A stretch of DNA of 64,000 bases from Eledone cirrhosa (taxonomy: Eukaryota). The stretch lies in the NCBI GenBank assembly GCA_964016885.1, contig OZ024740.1:17360001-17424000 (forward strand), given 5' to 3'. The notes under the pieces are model-generated. The model did no database searches and was not told where the DNA came from. It was given only the letters and a program-made list of their open reading frames with translations. Position 1 is the stretch's first letter. Each line of letters begins with the position of its first letter. The position numbers and the translations under genes were made by a program. This document shows, piece after piece, positions 27,001 to 39,000 of this stretch.

Positions 27001-29545
27001 GTAGACACCAACACAGCACTGTGTGTGGTCTTGAGGTAGACATAGCTCTCTTGTAGACACCAACACAGCATTGTGTCTGGTCTTGAGGTAGACATAGCTC
27101 TCTTGTAGACACCAACACAGCATTGTTTGTGGTCTTGATGTAGACTGAGCTCTCTTGTAGACGCCAACACAGCATTGTGTGTGGTCTTGAGGTAGACTTA
27201 GCTCTCTTGTAGACGCCAACACAGAATTGTGTGTGGTCTTGAGGTAGACTTAGCTCTCTTGTGGACACCAACACAGCATTGTGTGTGGTCTTGAGGTAGA
27301 CTTAGCTCTCTTGTAGACACCAACACAGCATTGTGTGTGGTCTTGAGGTAGACTTAGCTCTCTTGTAGACACCAACACAGCACTGTGTGTGGTCTTGAGG
27401 TAGACATAGCTCTCTTGTAGACACCAACACAGCATTGTGTCTGGTCTTGAGGTAGACATAGCTCTCTTGTAGACACCAACACAGCATTGTTTGTGGTCTT
27501 GATGTAGACTGAGCTCTCTTGTAGACGCCAACACAGCATTGTGTGTGGTCTTGAGGTAGACTTAGCTCTCTTGTAGACGCCAACACAGAATTGTGTGTGG
27601 TCTTGAGGTAGACTTAGCTCTCTTGTGGACACCAACACAGCATTGTGTGTGGTCTTGAGGTAGACTTAGCTCTCTTGAGGACGCCAACACAGCATCGTGT
27701 GTTTTCTTGAGGTAGACTTAGCTCTCTTGTAGACACCAACACAGCATTGTGTGTGGTCTTGAGGCAGACTTAGCTCTCTTGTAGACACCAACACAGCATT
27801 GTGTGTGGTCTTGAGGTAGACTTAGCTCTCTTGTAGACACCAACACAGCATTGTGAGTGGTCTTCAGGTAGACTTAGCTCTCTTGTAGACACCAACACAC
27901 AGCATTGTGTGTGGTTTTGAGGTAGACATAGCTCTCTTGTAGACACCAACACAGCATTGTGTGTCGTCTTGCGGTAGACTTAGCTCTCTTGTAGACACCA
28001 ACACAGCATTGTGTGTGGTCTTAAGGTAGCCTTAGCTCTCGTAGACACCAACACTGCATTGTGTGTGGTCTTGAGGTAGACTTAGCTCTCTTGTAGACAC
28101 CACACTGCATTGTGTGTGGGCTTGAGGTAGACTTAGCTCTCTTGTAGACACCAACACAGCATTGTGTGTGGTCTTGAGATAGACTTAGCTCTCTTGTAGA
28201 CACCAACACAGCATTGTGTCTAGTCTTGAGGTAGACTTAGTTCTCTTGTAGACACCAACACTGCATTGTGTGTGGTCTTGAGGTAGACTTAGCTCTCTTG
28301 TAGACACCAACTCAGCATTGTCTGTGGTCTTGAGGTAGACTTAGCTCTCTTGTGGACACCAACACAGCATTGTGTGTGGTATTGAGGTAGACTTAGATCT
28401 CTTGTAGACACCAACACAACATTGTGTCTGGTTTTGAGGTAGACTTAGCTCTCTTGTAGACACCAACACAGCATTGTGTGTGGTCTTGAGGTAGACTTAG
28501 CTCTCTTGTAGACACCAACACAGCATTGTGTGTGGTCTTGAGGACACCAACACAGCATTGTGTCTGGTTTTGAGGTAGACTTAGCTCTCTTGTAGACACC
28601 AACACAGCATTGTGTGTGGTCTTGAGGTAGACTTAGCTCTCTTGTAGACACCAACACAGCATTGTGTGTGGTCTTGAGGTAGACTTAGCTCTCTTGTAGA
28701 CACCAACACAGCATTGTGTGTGGTCTTGAAGTAGACTTAGCTCTCTTGAGGACACCAACACAGCATTGTGTGTGGTCTTGAGGTAGACTTAGCTCTCTTG
28801 AGGACACCAACACAGCATTGTGTCTGGTTTTGAGGTAGACTTAGCTCTCTTGTAGACACCAACACAGCATTGTGTGAGGTCTTGTGGTAGACATAGCTGT
28901 CTTGTAGACACCAACACAGCATTGTGTGTGGTCTTAAGGTAGACTTAGCTCTCTTGTAGACACCAACACAGCATTGTGTCTGGTCTTGAGGTAGACTTAT
29001 CTCTCTTGTAGACACCAACACAGCACTGTGTGTGGTCTTGAGGTAGACATAGCTCTCTTGTAGACACCAACACAGCATTGTGTCTGGTCTTGAGGTAGAC
29101 ATAGCTCTCTTGTAGACACCAACACAGCATTGTTTGTGGTCTTGAGGTAGACTTAGCTCTCTTGTGGACACCAACACAGCATTGTGTGTGGTCTTGAGGT
29201 AGACTTAGCTCTCTTGTAGACACCAACACAGCATTGTGTGTGGTCTTGAGGCAGACTTAGCTCTCTTGTAGACACCAACACAGCATTGTGTGTGGTCTTG
29301 AGGTAGACTTAGCTCTCTTGTAGACACCAACACAGCATTGTGTGTGGTCTTGCGGTAGACTTAGCTCTCTTGTAGACACCAACACAGCATTGTGTCTGGT
29401 CTTGAGGTAGACATAGCTCTCTTGTAGACACCAACACAGCATTGTGTGTGGTCTTGAGGTAGACTTAGCTCTCTTGTAGACACCAACACAGCATTGTGTG
29501 TGGTCTTTAGGTTGACTTAGCTCTCTTGTAGACACCAACACAGCA
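11360..29545 (+). repeat. Tandem higher-order duplication of 9,081 bp (175 monomers): about 11,360-20,460 matches about 20,441-29,545
   Basis: Constant offset 9,081 for ORF pairs 11615/20696, 12343/21424, 13746/22827, 14985/24066, 16503/25584, 17701/26782, 19312/28393, 19656/28737. Landmarks match at 13228/22309, 15985/25066, 19314/28395. Indel bookkeeping agrees: 175x52 +10 -6 -3 -20 = 9,081. Confidence 0.95.
19451..19482 (+). repeat. 32-bp truncated monomer (20-bp internal deletion), first of nine copies
   Basis: GTGGTCTTGAGG|ACACCAACACAGCATTGTGT lacks TAGACTTAGCTCTCTTGAGG. It is also seen near 28532, 32777, 35043, 37258, 42386, 52822, 55037 and 63859. Confidence 0.95.
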
Positions 29546-32500
29546 TCGTGTGTGGTCTTGAGGTAGACTTAGCTCTCTTGTAGACACCAACAGAGCATTG
29601 TGTCTGGTCTTGAGGTAGACATAGCTCTCTTGTAGACACCAACACAGCATTGTGTGTGGTCTTGAGATAAACTTAGCTCTCTTGTAGACACCAACACAGC
29701 ATTGTGTGTGGTCTTGAGGTAGCCTTAGCTCTATTGTAGACACCAACACTGCATTGTGTGTGGTCTTCAGGTAGACTTAGCTCTCTTGTAGACACCAACA
29801 CAGCATTGTGTGTGGTCTTGAAGTAGACTTAGCTCTCTTGAGGACACCAACACAGCATTGTGTGTGGTCTTGAGGTAGACTTAGCTCTCTTGAGGACACC
29901 AACACAGCATTGTGTCTGGTTTTGAGGTAGACTTAGCTCTCTTGTAGACACCAACACAGCATTGTGTGAGGTCTTGTGGTAGACATAGCTGTCTTGTAGA
30001 CACCAACACAGCATTGTGTGTGGTCTTAAGGTAGACTTAGCTCTCTTGTAGACACCAACACAGCATTGTGTGTGGTCTTGAGGTAGACTTATCTCTCTTG
30101 TAGACACCAACACAGCACTGTGTGTGGTCTTGAGGTAGACATAGCTCTCTTGTAGACACCAACACAGCATTGTGTCTGGTCTTGAGGTAGACATAGCTCT
30201 CTTGTAGACACCAACACAGCATTGTTTGTGGTCTTGAGGTAGACTTAGCTCTCTTGTGGACACCAACACAGCATTGTGTGTGGTCTTGAGGTAGACTTAG
30301 CTCTCTTGTAGACACCAACACAGCATTGTGTGTGGTCTTGAGGCAGACTTAGCTCTCTTGTAGACACCAACACAGCATTGTGTGTGGTCTTGAGGTAGAC
30401 TTAGCTCTCTTGTAGACACCAACACAGCATTGTGAGTGGTCTTCAGGTAGACTTAGCTCTCTTGTAGACAACAACACACAGCATTGTGTGTGGTCTTGAG
30501 GTAGACATAGCTCTCTTGTAGACACCAACACAGCATTGTGTGTGGTCTTGCGGTAGACTTAGCTCTCTTGTAGACACCAACACAGCATTGTGTCTGGTCT
30601 TGAGGTAGACATAGCTCTCTTGTAGACTCCAACACAGCATTGTGTGTGGTCTTGAGGTAGACTTAGCTCTCTTGTAGACACCAACACAGCATTGTGTGTG
30701 GTCTTTAGGTTGACTTAGCTCTCTTGTAGACACCAACACAGCATCGTGTGTGGTCTTGAGGTAGACTTAGCTCTCTTGTAGACACCAACAGAGCATTGTG
30801 TCTGGTCTTGAGGTAGACATAGCTCTCTTGTAGACACCAACACAGCATTGTGTGTGGTCTTGAGATAAACTTAGCTCTCTTGTAGACACCAACACAGCAT
30901 TGTGTGTGGTCTTGAGGTAGCCTTAGCTCTATTGTAGACACCAACACTGCATTGTGTGTGGTCTTCAGGTAGACTTAGCTCTCTTGTAGACACCAACACA
31001 GCATTGTGTGTGGTCTTGAAGTAGACTTAGCTCTCTTGAGGACACCAACACAGCATTGTGTGTGGTCTTGAGGTAGACTTAGCTCTCTTGAGGACACCAA
31101 CACAGCATTGTGTCTGGTTTTGAGGTAGACTTAGCTCTCTTGTAGACACCAACACAGCATTGTGTGTGGTCTTGTGGTAGACATAGCTGTCTTGTAGACA
31201 CCAACACAGCATTGTGTGTGGTCTTAAGGTAGACTTAGCTCTCTTGTAGACACCAACACAGCACTGTGTGTGGTCTTGAGGTAGACATAGCTCTCTTGTA
31301 GACACCAACACAGCATTGTGTCTGGTCTTGAGGTAGACATAGCTCTCTTGTAGACACCAACACAGCATTGTTTGTGGTCTTGATGTAGACTGAGCTCTCT
31401 TGTAGACGCCAACACAGCATTGTGTGTGGTCTTGAGGTAGACTTAGCTCTCTTGTAGACGCCAACACAGAATTGTGTGTGGTCTTGAGGTAGACTTAGCT
31501 CTCTTGTGGACACCAACACAGCATTGTGTGTGGTCTTGAGGTAGACTTAGCTCTCTTGTAGACACCAACACAGCATTGTGTGTGGTCTTGAGGTAGACTT
31601 AGCTCTCTTGTAGACACCAACACAGCACTGTGTGTGGTCTTGAGGTAGACATAGCTCTCTTGTAGACACCAACACAGCATTGTGTCTGGTCTTGAGGTAG
31701 ACATAGCTCTCTTGTAGACACCAACACAGCATTGTTTGTGGTCTTGATGTAGACTGAGCTCTCTTGTAGACGCCAACACAGCATTGTGTGTGGTCTTGAG
31801 GTAGACTTAGCTCTCTTGTAGACGCCAACACAGAATTGTGTGTGGTCTTGAGGTAGACTTAGCTCTCTTGTGGACACCAACACAGCATTGTGTGTGGTCT
31901 TGAGGTAGACTTAGCTCTCTTGAGGACGCCAACACAGCATCGTGTGTTTTCTTGAGGTAGACTTAGCTCTCTTGTAGACACCAACACAGCATTGTGTGTG
32001 GTCTTGAGGCAGACTTAGCTCTCTTGTAGACACCAACACAGCATTGTGTGTGGTCTTGAGGTAGACTTAGCTCTCTTGTAGACACCAACACAGCATTGTG
32101 AGTGGTCTTCAGGTAGACTTAGCTCTCTTGTAGACACCAACACACAGCATTGTGTGTGGTTTTGAGGTAGACATAGCTCTCTTGTAGACACCAACACAGC
32201 ATTGTGTGTCGTCTTGCGGTAGACTTAGCTCTCTTGTAGACACCAACACAGCATTGTGTGTGGTCTTAAGGTAGCCTTAGCTCTCGTAGACACCAACACT
32301 GCATTGTGTGTGGTCTTGAGGTAGACTTAGCTCTCTTGTAGACACCACACTGCATTGTGTGTGGGCTTGAGGTAGACTTAGCTCTCTTGTAGACACCAAC
32401 ACAGCATTGTGTGTGGTCTTGAGATAGACTTAGCTCTCTTGTAGACACCAACACAGCATTGTGTCTAGTCTTGAGGTAGACTTAGTTCTCTTGTAGACAC

Positions 32501-32950
32501 CAACACTGCATTGTGTGTGGTCTTGAGGTAGACTTAGCTCTCTTGTAGACACCAACTCAGCATTGTCTGTGGTCTTGAGGTAGACTTAGCTCTCTTGTGG
32601 ACACCAACACAGCATTGTGTGTGGTATTGAGGTAGACTTAGATCTCTTGTAGACACCAACACAACATTGTGTCTGGTTTTGAGGTAGACTTAGCTCTCTT
32701 GTAGACACCAACACAGCATTGTGTGTGGTCTTGAGGTAGACTTAGCTCTCTTGTAGACACCATCACAGCATTGTGTGTGGTCTTGAGGACACCAACACAG
32801 CATTGTGTCTGGTTTTGAGGTAGACTTAGCTCTCTTGTAGACACCAACACAGCATTGTGTGTGGTCTTGAGGTAGACTTAGCTCTCTTGTAGACACCAAC
32901 ACAGCATTGTGTGTGGTCTTGAGGTAGACTTAGCTCTCTTGTAGACACCA
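25560..32950 (+). repeat. About 3.1-kb block recopied at offset 4,245 bp (about 25,560-28,700 matches about 29,800-32,950)
   Basis: ORF pairs 25584/29829, 26104/30349, 26782/31027, 27770/32015, 28393/32638 are all offset 4,245. Confidence 0.85.
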
Positions 32951-35220
32951 ACACAGCATCGTGTGTGGTCTTGAGGTAGACTTAGCTCTCTTGTAGACAC
33001 CAACAGAGCATTGTGTCTGGTCTTGAGGTAGACATAGCTCTCTTGTAGACACCAACACAGCATTGTGTGTGGTCTTGAGATAAACTTAGCTCTCTTGTAG
33101 ACACCAACACAGCATTGTGTGTGGTCTTGAGGTAGCCTTAGCTCTATTGTAGACACCAACACTGCATTGTGTGTGGTCTTCAGGTAGACTTAGCTCTCTT
33201 GTAGACACCAACACAGCATTGTGTGTGGTCTTGAAGTAGACTTAGCTCTCTTGAGGACACCAACACAGCATTGTGTGTGGTCTTGAGGTAGACTTAGCTC
33301 TCTTGAGGACACCAACACAGCATTGTGTCTGGTTTTGAGGTAGACTTAGCTCTCTTGTAGACACCAACACAGCATTGTGTGTGGTCTTGTGGTAGACATA
33401 GCTGTCTTGTAGACACCAACACAGCATTGTGTGTGGTCTTAAGGTAGACTTAGCTCTCTTGTAGACACCAACACAGCACTGTGTGTGGTCTTGAGGTAGA
33501 CATAGCTCTCTTGTAGACACCAACACAGCATTGTGTCTGGTCTTGAGGTAGACATAGCTCTCTTGTAGACACCAACACAGCATTGTTTGTGGTCTTGATG
33601 TAGACTGAGCTCTCTTGTAGACGCCAACACAGCATTGTGTGTGGTCTTGAGGTAGACTTAGCTCTCTTGTAGACGCCAACACAGAATTGTGTGTGGTCTT
33701 GAGGTAGACTTAGCTCTCTTGTGGACACCAACACAGCATTGTGTGTGGTCTTGAGGTAGACTTAGCTCTCTTGTAGACACCAACACAGCATTGTGTGTGG
33801 TCTTGAGGTAGACTTAGCTCTCTTGTAGACACCAACACAGCACTGTGTGTGGTCTTGAGGTAGACATAGCTCTCTTGTAGACACCAACACAGCATTGTGT
33901 CTGGTCTTGAGGTAGACATAGCTCTCTTGTAGACACCAACACAGCATTGTTTGTGGTCTTGATGTAGACTGAGCTCTCTTGTAGACGCCAACACAGCATT
34001 GTGTGTGGGCTTGAGGTAGACTTAGCTCTCTTGTAGACGCCAACACAGAATTGTGTGTGGTCTTGAGGTAGACTTAGCTCTCTTGTGGACACCAACACAG
34101 CATTGTGTGTGGTCTTGAGGTAGACTTAGCTCTCTTGAGGACGCCAACACAGCATCGTGTGTTTTCTTGAGGTAGACTTAGCTCTCTTGTAGACACCAAC
34201 ACAGCATTGTGTGTGGTCTTGAGGCAGACTTAGCTCTCTTGTAGACACCAACACAGCATTGTGTGTGGTCTTGAGGTAGACTTAGCTCTCTTGTAGACAC
34301 CAACACAGCATTGTGAGTGGTCTTCAGGTAGACTTAGCTCTCTTGTAGACACCAACACACAGCATTGTGTGTGGTTTTGAGGTAGACATAGCTCTCTTGT
34401 AGACACCAACACAGCATTGTGTGTCGTCTTGCGGTAGACTTAGCTCTCTTGTAGACACCAACACAGCATTGTGTGTGGTCTTAAGGTAGCCTTAGCTCTC
34501 GTAGACACCAACACTGCATTGTGTGTGGTCTTGAGGTAGACTTAGCTCTCTTGTAGACACCACACTGCATTGTGTGTGGGCTTGAGGTAGACTTAGCTCT
34601 CTTGTAGACACCACACTGCATTGTGTGTGGGCTTGAGGTAGACTTAGCTCTCTTGTAGACACCAACACAGCATTGTGTGTGGTCTTGAGATAGACTTAGC
34701 TCTCTTGTAGACACCAACACAGCATTGTGTCTAGTCTTGAGGTAGACTTAGTTCTCTTGTAGACACCAACACTGCATTGTGTGTGGTCTTGAGGTAGACT
34801 TAGCTCTCTTGTAGACACCAACTCAGCATTGTCTGTGGTCTTGAGGTAGACTTAGCTCTCTTGTGGACACCAACACAGCATTGTGTGTGGTATTGAGGTA
34901 GACTTAGATCTCTTGTAGACACCAACACAACATTGTGTCTGGTTTTGAGGTAGACTTAGCTCTCTTGTAGACACCAACACAGCATTGTGTGTGGTCTTGA
35001 GGTAGACTTAGCTCTCTTGTAGACACCATCACAGCATTGTGTGTGGTCTTGAGGACACCAACACAGCATTGTGTCTGGTTTTGAGGTAGACTTAGCTCTC
35101 TTGTAGACACCAACACAGCATTGTGTGTGGTCTTGAGGTAGACTTAGCTCTCTTGTAGACACCAACACAGCATTGTGTGTGGTCTTGAGGTAGACTTAGC
35201 TCTCTTGTAGACACCAACAC
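30740..35220 (+). repeat. Tandem duplication of 2,215 bp (43 monomers)
   Basis: ORF pairs 31027/33242, 31495/33710, 32015/34230, 32266/34481. 43x52 +2 -2 -1 -20 = 2,215. The second copy has one extra 51-bp monomer, so the landmark spacing 32640 to 34906 is 2,266. Confidence 0.88.
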
Positions 35221-36089
35221 AGCATTGTGTGTGGTCTTGAAGTAGACTTAGCTCTCTTGAGGACACCAACACAGCATTGTGTGTGGTCTTGAGGTAGACT
35301 TAGCTCTCTTGAGGACACCAACACAGCATTGTGTCTGGTTTTGAGGTAGACTTAGCTCTCTTGTAGACACCAACACAGCATTGTGTGAGGTCTTGTGGTA
35401 GACATAGCTGTCTTGTAGACACCAACACAGCATTGTGTGTGGTCTTAAGGTAGACTTAGCTCTCTTGTAGACACCAACACAGCATTGTGTCTGGTCTTGA
35501 GGTAGACTTATCTCTCTTGTAGACACCAACACAGCACTGTGTGTGGTCTTGAGGTAGACATAGCTCTCTTGTAGACACCAACACAGCATTGTGTCTGGTC
35601 TTGAGGTAGACATAGCTCTCTTGTAGACACCAACACAGCATTGTTTGTGGTCTTGAGGTAGACTTAGCTCTCTTGTGGACACCAACACAGCATTGTGTCT
35701 GGTCTTGAGGTAGACATAGCTCTCTTGTAGACACCAACACAGCATTGTTTGTGGTCTTGATGTAGACATAGCTCTCTTGTAGACACCAACACAGCATTGT
35801 GTCTGGTCTTGAGGTAGACATAGCTCTCTTGTAGACACCAACACAGCATTGTTTGTGGTCTTGATGTAGACTGAGCTCTCTTGTAGACGCCAACACAGCA
35901 TTGTGTGTGGTCTTGAGGTAGACTTAGCTCTCTTGTAGACGCCAACACAGAATTGTGTGTGGTCTTGAGGTAGACTTAGCTCTCTTGTGGACACCAACAC
36001 AGCATTGTGTGTGGTCTTGAGGTAGACTTAGCTCTCTTGTAGACACCAACACAGCATTGTGTGTGGTCTTGAGGTAGACTTAGCTCTCT

Positions 36090-39000
36090 TGTAGACACCA
36101 ACACAGCACTGTGTGTGGTCTTGAGGTAGACATAGCTCTCTTGTAGACACCAACACAGCATTGTGTCTGGTCTTGAGGTAGACATAGCTCTCTTGTAGAC
36201 ACCAACACAGCATTGTTTGTGGTCTTGATGTAGACTGAGCTCTCTTGTAGACGCCAACACAGCATTGTGTGTGGTCTTGAGGTAGACTTAGCTCTCTTGT
36301 AGACGCCAACACAGAATTGTGTGTGGTCTTGAGGTAGACTTAGCTCTCTTGTGGACACCAACACAGCATTGTGTGTGGTCTTGAGGTAGACTTAGCTCTC
36401 TTGAGGACGCCAACACAGCATCGTGTGTTTTCTTGAGGTAGACTTAGCTCTCTTGTAGACACCAACACAGCATTGTGTGTGGTCTTGAGGCAGACTTAGC
36501 TCTCTTGTAGACACCAACACAGCATTGTGTGTGGTCTTGAGGTAGACTTAGCTCTCTTGTAGACACCAACACAGCATTGTGAGTGGTCTTCAGGTAGACT
36601 TAGCTCTCTTGTAGACACCAACACACAGCATTGTGTGTGGTTTTGAGGTAGACATAGCTCTCTTGTAGACACCAACACAGCATTGTGTGTCGTCTTGCGG
36701 TAGACTTAGCTCTCTTGTAGACACCAACACAGCATTGTGTGTGGTCTTAAGGTAGCCTTAGCTCTCGTAGACACCAACACTGCATTGTGTGTGGTCTTGA
36801 GGTAGACTTAGCTCTCTTGTAGACACCACACTGCATTGTGTGTGGGCTTGAGGTAGACTTAGCTCTCTTGTAGACACCAACACAGCATTGTGTGTGGTCT
36901 TGAGATAGACTTAGCTCTCTTGTAGACACCAACACAGCATTGTGTCTAGTCTTGAGGTAGACTTAGTTCTCTTGTAGACACCAACACTGCATTGTGTGTG
37001 GTCTTGAGGTAGACTTAGCTCTCTTGTAGACACCAACTCAGCATTGTCTGTGGTCTTGAGGTAGACTTAGCTCTCTTGTGGACACCAACACAGCATTGTG
37101 TGTGGTATTGAGGTAGACTTAGATCTCTTGTAGACACCAACACAACATTGTGTCTGGTTTTGAGGTAGACTTAGCTCTCTTGTAGACACCAACACAGCAT
37201 TGTGTGTGGTCTTGAGGTAGACTTAGCTCTCTTGTAGACACCATCACAGCATTGTGTGTGGTCTTGAGGACACCAACACAGCATTGTGTCTGGTTTTGAG
37301 GTAGACTTAGCTCTCTTGTAGACACCAACACAGCATTGTGTGTGGTCTTGAGGTAGACTTAGCTCTCTTGTAGACACCAACACAGCATTGTGTGTGGTCT
37401 TGAGGTAGACTTAGCTCTCTTGTAGACACCAACACAGCATTGTGTGTGGTCTTGAAGTAGACTTAGCTCTCTTGAGGACACCAACACAGCATTGTGTGTG
37501 GTCTTGAGGTAGACTTAGCTCTCTTGAGGACACCAACACAGCATTGTGTCTGGTTTTGAGGTAGACTTAGCTCTCTTGTAGACACCAACACAGCATTGTG
37601 TGAGGTCTTGTGGTAGACATAGCTGTCTTGTAGACACCAACACAGCATTGTGTGTGGTCTTAAGGTAGACTTAGCTCTCTTGTAGACACCAACACAGCAT
37701 TGTGTCTGGTCTTGAGGTAGACTTATCTCTCTTGTAGACACCAACACAGCACTGTGTGTGGTCTTGAGGTAGACATAGCTCTCTTGTAGACACCAACACA
37801 GCATTGTGTCTGGTCTTGAGGTAGACATAGCTCTCTTGTAGACACCAACACAGCATTGTTTGTGGTCTTGAGGTAGACTTAGCTCTCTTGTGGACACCAA
37901 CACAGCATTGTGTGTGGTCTTGAGGTAGACTTAGCTCTCTTGTAGACACCAACACAGCATTGTGTGTGGTCTTGAGGCAGACTTAGCTCTCTTGTAGACA
38001 CCAACACAGCATTGTGTGTGGTCTTGAGGTAGACTTAGCTCTCTTGTAGACACCAACACAGCATTGTGTGTGGTCTTGCGGTAGACTTAGCTCTCTTGTA
38101 GACACCAACACAGCATTGTGTCTGGTCTTGAGGTAGACATAGCTCTCTTGTAGACACCAACACAGCATTGTGTGTGGTCTTGAGGTAGACTTAGCTCTCT
38201 TGTAGACACCAACACAGCATTGTGTGTGGTCTTTAGGTTGACTTAGCTCTCTTGTAGACACCAACACAGCATCGTGTGTGGTCTTGAGGTAGACATAGCT
38301 CTCTTGTAGACACCAACACAGCATTGTGTGTGGTCTTGAGATAAACTTAGCTCTCTTGTAGACACCAACACAGCATTGTGTGTGGTCTTGAGGTAGCCTT
38401 AGCTCTATTGTAGACACCAACACTGCATTGTGTGTGGTCTTCAGGTAGACTTAGCTCTCTTGTAGACACCAACACAGCATTGTGTGTGGTCTTGAAGTAG
38501 ACTTAGCTCTCTTGAGGACACCAACACAGCATTGTGTGTGGTCTTGAGGTAGACTTAGCTCTCTTGAGGACACCAACACAGCATTGTGTCTGGTTTTGAG
38601 GTAGACTTAGCTCTCTTGTAGACACCAACACAGCATTGTGTGTGGTCTTGTGGTAGACATAGCTGTCTTGTAGACACCAACACAGCATTGTGTGTGGTCT
38701 TAAGGTAGACTTAGCTCTCTTGTAGACACCAACACAGCACTGTGTGTGGTCTTGAGGTAGACATAGCTCTCTTGTAGACACCAACACAGCATTGTGTCTG
38801 GTCTTGAGGTAGACATAGCTCTCTTGTAGACACCAACACAGCATTGTTTGTGGTCTTGATGTAGACTGAGCTCTCTTGTAGACGCCAACACAGCATTGTG
38901 TGTGGTCTTGAGGTAGACTTAGCTCTCTTGTAGACGCCAACACAGAATTGTGTGTGGTCTTGAGGTAGACTTAGCTCTCTTGTGGACACCAACACAGCAT

